A stretch of 64,000 nt of DNA from contig JAUYIE010000021.1 of assembly GCA_030688365.1 (NCBI GenBank), forward strand, positions 9,866 to 73,865, in the 5' to 3' direction. A program made the position numbers and the translations under genes. The DNA comes from a bacterium. GTDB taxonomy: Bacteria > Patescibacteriota > Patescibacteriia > JACQRZ01. A model generated the notes under the pieces. The model had not been told where the DNA came from and searched no databases. It saw nothing but the letters and a program-made list of their open reading frames with translations. Positions 59,507-64,000 of the stretch are shown here, in pieces (position 1 is the first letter of the stretch; each line of letters opens with the position of its first letter).

Positions 59507-60013
59507 ATGGGAGACAAGCTGATGATTTTTAGTCGCACATTAAAAACAAAAAAAGTAACAAAAAAGTACGTGATTCGGTATCAATGTTTTGACGATAGAC
59601 TGTGTGAGATCACAGAGGATTTCGTGGTTAGACATGAAGGTGTTGAATCTTGCAAAGAACTTCCCTGCGCTGGGGGTGTGAAAGAGATTGCAGTACCGAC
59701 ACATCAAAGTGTTCAGGATTTTATTTTGTGTCATTTTAGAATCGTAATAAATGGCATAAGAAAGAAAGACCCAGATGCGGAGATCATCGTCTATCTATTT
59801 AATCATACGGATTGTCATTATTATAGGAATCACCCAAATTATGCTGTGTTTGAAACCTATGAAGAAGAGATAGAGACACATATACAGCATCTGTTCATAG
59901 CAGCCGAGATAGTCACTCTGACATTTAATGTCAGGGTTGTGCCAGTCTTGGTAAGACTTGAAGACAGTGTTGAATTTGAAGTTATTGCAATACCTGAGTT
60001 TGCGTACGTGTAG
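59507..60013 (+). CDS. Hypothetical protein, a possible distant paralog of the preceding gene with 'CFDDR' and 'NHTDCH' motifs
   Basis: C27-x-D-D-R and H100-x-x-C103 are present. Confidence 0.35.
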   Translation: MGDKLMIFSRTLKTKKVTKKYVIRYQCFDDRLCEITEDFVVRHEGVESCKELPCAGGVKEIAVPTHQSVQDFILCHFRIVINGIRKKDPDAEIIVYLFNHTDCHYYRNHPNYAVFETYEEEIETHIQHLFIAAEIVTLTFNVRVVPVLVRLEDSVEFEVIAIPEFAYV

Positions 60014-60095
60014 CAAAAGTATTTTTCGAGTCACCATCATGAAAAAACCTAGGTGGGCTCTTTTTTTTTACCCGCGTGAGTGCTACAGTATCGCT

Positions 60096-63059
60096 ATGAA
60101 TACCCCTGATTTACTCTCTGATCTCAATGAAGCCCAAAAGTCGGCCGTAACTGCCGGTGAGGGTCCTTTTTTGATTATTGCCGGTGCGGGGACTGGCAAG
60201 ACGACCGTGATCACGCGTCGTATTGCGTGGCTTATTTTAGAGAAAAATATCAAGCCGGAAGATATATTGGCGCTTACCTTTACCGAAAAGGCGGCGGGCG
60301 AGATGGAGGAGCGGTTGGATCGCCTGTTGCCGTATGGATATGTTCAGCTGTGGATATCTACGTTTCATGCATTTTGCGAGCGGATTATTCGTCAACATGC
60401 TCTTGATATTGGACTCCCTGGAGATGTTCGACTGTTAGATCAGACAGCGTTGTGGTTACTGATGCGACGAAACTTGCATCGTTTTAATCTTGAGTATTAT
60501 CGACCGCTAGGCAATCCGACAAAGTTTTTACATTCATTGATCCAGCATTTTTCTCGCGCTAAAGATGAGGCGGTAAGTCCGGTGGAATATCTCGCTTTGG
60601 CGGAAAACTTGATTTTAAATAAAGATACGGGCGCGACAGAAGATGGCGACATTGGACTTGATGCTGTGCGTATCAAAGAAGTCGCTGATGCATATCATGT
60701 ATATGAACAATTGCTTTTAGAAAACAACGCGATGGATTTTGGGGGAGTGATTACCAATACATTGAAACTTTTTCGTGAGCGTCCGGCTATCTTGGAAAAA
60801 TATCGCCAGCAGTTTAAATACATCCTTGTCGATGAGTTTCAAGATACCAACTGGGCGCAGTATGAGCTGGTGAAGATGTTAGCAACGCCACGTGATAATC
60901 TTATGGTCGTGGGAGATGATGATCAGGCTGTATATGCGTGGAGAAACGCGTCTGTTGCATATATATTTCAATTCAAAAAAGATTTCCCCGCAAGCAAGGA
61001 AGTGGTACTGACCAACAATTATCGTTCGGCGCAAGAGATCCTTGACTGCGCGTATCGCTTCATCCAACTCAACAATCCTCATCGTCTGGAATACACACTT
61101 TCGCAAGAAGGTTCCGGACTTTCAAAACAACTCACTTCATACACAAAAGAAACCGGCATTGTGGAACATATCCATTGCGGGACACTGGAAGAAGAAATTG
61201 ATCGTGTCATCACGACGATTTTACAGAAAAAAGAAAAAGAAACGCTCGCATGGTCGGACTTTGCGATCCTTGTACGTTCAAACGATGCGGCTCTGCCGTT
61301 CATTGAGCGTTTGCAAGAGATGGATTTGCCGTATCATTTCATCGCACACAAAGGGTTGTACACCAAAGCCGTGATTATGGATGTACTTTCATATATGCGC
61401 GTACTCATCCATCCAAACGATGGTGTGTCTATGTATCGCGTGCTCAACATGCCCCCGATCAACCTATCTACGAGTAGTTATCTCGCGTTGGGAGGTTTTG
61501 CACATAAAAAAGGATACTCACTATGGCAGGCAATGGAACATCATCTTGAAATCACAGATATTCCCGAAGAAGAACACGCAGTCATCGCGGGTGTGGTAGC
61601 GATGATAAACCGCCATTCAGGCGAGGCACGCATAAAAAAAGCCGCTGAATTATTTTTACATATCGTCAAAGACATCGGATATCTGGTGTACTTAAAAAAA
61701 GAGGAGACAAAAGAAACGCACGAGGCGTTTAGTTATTTCAATCAATTTTACAAAAAAATCCGCACACTTCAACAAGAAGATCCGAGTCTGAAACTTGCTG
61801 ATGTGCTGGAAATCATAGGATATGAACAGCAAGCCGGCGATGAGGGGTCTCTGCCGTCCGATGGTGGGGGAGATTATGATGCGATCAAGATCATGACGAT
61901 CCACGCATCAAAAGGTCTGGAGTTTGCGTATGTGTTCCTTGCAAACATGGTTGACAAGCGGTTCCCGACGATTAGCCGCAATGAAGGTATTCCTCTCCCT
62001 GATCAGCTGGTAAAAGAAGAAGTGCCGGAAGGGGATATTCATATCGAAGAAGAGCGTAGGTTGTGTTATGTAGGTATAACGCGCGCAAAACGCGGTATTT
62101 ATTTTACCTCTGCGCAAAATTACGGCGGTGTGCGAGCAAAAAAGCCATCACGATTTTTGGAGGAGTTGGGATTTGTCATAGTCACTCCTGAAGGTACTTC
62201 AAAAGATACTTCATTACCCGAGCCGACAATGCATACGCCAAGCCCTGCAGTGATCATCCCTCTCCCGCATGTATTCAGTTTTTCACAGTTGGCCGCATTC
62301 GCATCATGTCCTTTGCAATACAAGTTTGCCTTTATATTGCGTATTCCCACTTTTGGCAAGGCATCGTTCAGTTTTGGAAAATCAATACACGCGACGCTTG
62401 AGGCGCTGTTTCGTCTTATCCTAGAAAATACCGGCAAACAGCAAGCAGGTCTTTTCCCGAACGTGGATACAGGTTATAATGAAAAAGGAACTATTCCTCC
62501 GTGGAAAACAGTGGAAGATCTCTATGAAAAATCGTGGATTGACGAATGGTACGCCGATCGTCGCACCCACGATCAGTATTTTGAAAAAGGTAAAGAGGGT
62601 TTGAAACAGCTTCATCAGGATTTGCTGGTAAACGGCGTGACGCCAAAAGCAGTGGAGCGCGATTTCACACTCAAGATGTCCATTGGATCGGATCAGTATT
62701 CTCTCAAAGGGCGTATTGATCGCGTGGATATGCACGGAGCGGACGGTGTGGCGATCATTGACTACAAAACAGGTACACCGAAGATTCTGAAAGATTTGCG
62801 TACGGAAGACAAGGAACAGTTGGTGTTGTATCAGATCGCGTGCGAAGATCTTTTTAAAGAAAAAGTGGAAGAGTTGACGTATTATTACATAGAGGACGGT
62901 TCCAGGGTGTCGTTTTTGGCAAATGAAAAGGAGAAAGAGAAACTCAAGGAACGGGTGCAGGAAAGGATAGAAGCGATACGCGGAAGCAATTTTGAGCCGA
63001 CGCCCGGTTTTCAATGTAAGTTTTGCGATTTTTGGGACATTTGTGATTATAGGCAATAA
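60096..63059 (+). CDS. UvrD/PcrA-family SF1 helicase fused to a C-terminal PD-(D/E)xK, Cas4/AddB-like nuclease with a 4Fe-4S cysteine set
   Basis: 'AGAGTGKTTVITRR' is Walker A. 'VDEFQDTNWAQY', 'TIHASKGLEF' and 'VGITRAK' are helicase motifs. The C-terminal 'CPLQYKF', 'IIDYKTGT' and 'CKFCDFWDICD' mark the nuclease and Fe-S cluster. The start is at 60096. Confidence 0.8.
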   Translation: MNTPDLLSDLNEAQKSAVTAGEGPFLIIAGAGTGKTTVITRRIAWLILEKNIKPEDILALTFTEKAAGEMEERLDRLLPYGYVQLWISTFHAFCERIIRQHALDIGLPGDVRLLDQTALWLLMRRNLHRFNLEYYRPLGNPTKFLHSLIQHFSRAKDEAVSPVEYLALAENLILNKDTGATEDGDIGLDAVRIKEVADAYHVYEQLLLENNAMDFGGVITNTLKLFRERPAILEKYRQQFKYILVDEFQDTNWAQYELVKMLATPRDNLMVVGDDDQAVYAWRNASVAYIFQFKKDFPASKEVVLTNNYRSAQEILDCAYRFIQLNNPHRLEYTLSQEGSGLSKQLTSYTKETGIVEHIHCGTLEEEIDRVITTILQKKEKETLAWSDFAILVRSNDAALPFIERLQEMDLPYHFIAHKGLYTKAVIMDVLSYMRVLIHPNDGVSMYRVLNMPPINLSTSSYLALGGFAHKKGYSLWQAMEHHLEITDIPEEEHAVIAGVVAMINRHSGEARIKKAAELFLHIVKDIGYLVYLKKEETKETHEAFSYFNQFYKKIRTLQQEDPSLKLADVLEIIGYEQQAGDEGSLPSDGGGDYDAIKIMTIHASKGLEFAYVFLANMVDKRFPTISRNEGIPLPDQLVKEEVPEGDIHIEEERRLCYVGITRAKRGIYFTSAQNYGGVRAKKPSRFLEELGFVIVTPEGTSKDTSLPEPTMHTPSPAVIIPLPHVFSFSQLAAFASCPLQYKFAFILRIPTFGKASFSFGKSIHATLEALFRLILENTGKQQAGLFPNVDTGYNEKGTIPPWKTVEDLYEKSWIDEWYADRRTHDQYFEKGKEGLKQLHQDLLVNGVTPKAVERDFTLKMSIGSDQYSLKGRIDRVDMHGADGVAIIDYKTGTPKILKDLRTEDKEQLVLYQIACEDLFKEKVEELTYYYIEDGSRVSFLANEKEKEKLKERVQERIEAIRGSNFEPTPGFQCKFCDFWDICDYRQ

Positions 63060-63061
63060 CT

Positions 63062-63358
63062 ATGGGATTTGAACCGCTTACAAAATTACTTCCGCACACC
63101 GCGAAAATCACTGGCATGAGCGAGCAGATCATTATCGCGCAAGCATTGTCTCGCGCGCATAGGGTTATTGTGAAACATCTCGGTGAGAGCGCAGGTACAA
63201 AACTTCAGCCCGCATATATCCAACACAAGACACTGTATATCGCCACACTGGAACATCCTCTCGCGTGGCAAGTGGGGTTGCATCAGGAGCAGATCATCGC
63301 GGGGGTCAACGCGGAGAGCCCTTATCCACTAATTCAACGCATTCGCGTCATCAGCTAA
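63062..63358 (+). CDS. Hypothetical protein, possibly DUF721/DciA-like
   Basis: 98 aa with a weak resemblance only. Confidence 0.3.
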   Translation: MGFEPLTKLLPHTAKITGMSEQIIIAQALSRAHRVIVKHLGESAGTKLQPAYIQHKTLYIATLEHPLAWQVGLHQEQIIAGVNAESPYPLIQRIRVIS

Positions 63359-63359
63359 C

Positions 63360-63869
63360 ATGCAAAAAGGATTTACCAAAAATGAAATACTCATCACCAT
63401 CGCTTCGTTTATCGTTGCGGTTGGTTTGGCGAGCTGGGGAATATGGTATGAATATGCTCGTATTGATGATACGGAGAAATACTCCGAAGCGCTCCAATGG
63501 CATAGTGCTTTGGCGTGGTATTTTCATGTTCATGCGGTATACCCTTCTGTTCCTCAAGACGGTACCTCGTTTTCGGGTCTGTGTTTGGTAGATAAGGGGT
63601 TGGTGAGTGTTACCGATTCGGCATGCAGTACCTCGTCTCGGATTTATTATGTGTCCGTCTCATCAGTTGTGAATTATTATCCGCGTAATGCTGACAATAC
63701 ATTTTGTAAAGATCCACAAGGATGTAGTCGATATTATCTGACCGTTCCACAAAAAACGCGGGCTATCTCAGGACAGCCAATTGATATCTTCCGACAAGCC
63801 CCCCGCGGCCTTCATGTATTTGGCCCTGATGGCCTGCTTATCAATCAAAAACAAATTCCCGGTATATGA
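63360..63869 (+). CDS. Type IV pilin / pseudopilin with an N-terminal prepilin cleavage and methylation motif
   Basis: 'KGFTKNEILITIASFIVAVGLA' carries Gly-Phe at -1/+1, Glu at +5 and a hydrophobic helix. Confidence 0.7.
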   Translation: MQKGFTKNEILITIASFIVAVGLASWGIWYEYARIDDTEKYSEALQWHSALAWYFHVHAVYPSVPQDGTSFSGLCLVDKGLVSVTDSACSTSSRIYYVSVSSVVNYYPRNADNTFCKDPQGCSRYYLTVPQKTRAISGQPIDIFRQAPRGLHVFGPDGLLINQKQIPGI

Positions 63870-64000
63870 CCTTACAAAAATATTTAAGCATGATGGCGTT
63901 TGCGACTCTCATCTGCTGGGGTGCATGGGTTGCAGTGATAAATATGGTTGATGTCCAACACACGGGCTTGCTGGGCTATGTACTTTTTTACGTCAGCTTA
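63866..64000 (+). CDS. Hypothetical membrane protein, 3'-truncated at the window edge
   Basis: Its ATG overlaps the pilin stop (ATGA). The hydrophobic 'MMAFATLICWGAWVAVINMV' is present. Confidence 0.35.
   Translation, partial: MTLQKYLSMMAFATLICWGAWVAVINMVDVQHTGLLGYVLFYVSL

Overview
Low-GC, gene-dense bacterial window with short intergenic spacers, many small membrane-anchored or secreted repeat proteins and type IV pilus parts. By inference from gene content it looks like a reduced-genome, CPR/Patescibacteria-like organism. No rRNA, tRNA, CRISPR array, transposase or integrase was found. Two features stand out from the housekeeping and surface-protein content.

- **Candidate RiPP-like module (7839..11646).** A radical SAM/SPASM enzyme with an N-terminal extension is followed 12 nt downstream by a 24-aa Cys-containing ORF with a perfect Shine-Dalgarno site and an intrinsic terminator. 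A class I SAM methyltransferase is transcribed divergently, and a palindromic candidate operator sits upstream.
- **Accessory-looking island (3044..8561).** It carries a RhuM-family gene, two NUDIX hydrolases, two tandem S51 peptidases, an APH-family kinase, a Zn-ribbon protein and a Pol-beta nucleotidyltransferase.

Recognisable core genes:
- a pgi C-terminal fragment and a MutY/Nth-like glycosylase without the Fe-S cysteines
- sensor histidine kinase, stand-alone receiver and PilB
- tgt, recQ, queA, xseAB, and uvrB/uvrA/uvrC
- rsmI, metG, cvpA, tatD
- a complete F-type ATP synthase operon (atpI-like, B, E, F, H, A, G, D, C)
- a UvrD-family helicase fused to a Cas4/AddB-like Fe-S nuclease
- a type IV pilin

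Other notable items:
- a 50-54 aa protein with 12 cysteines
- a HEPN-MNT toxin-antitoxin pair
- a 1281-aa surface protein of ~42-aa repeats with a near-perfect 150-bp tandem DNA duplication
- a structured GC-rich insert between atpD and atpC
- a possible ~230-nt ncRNA between xseB and uvrB
- a long 5'UTR on an RRM RNA-binding protein gene

All calls come from reading the sequence and the ORF track. No database search was run.
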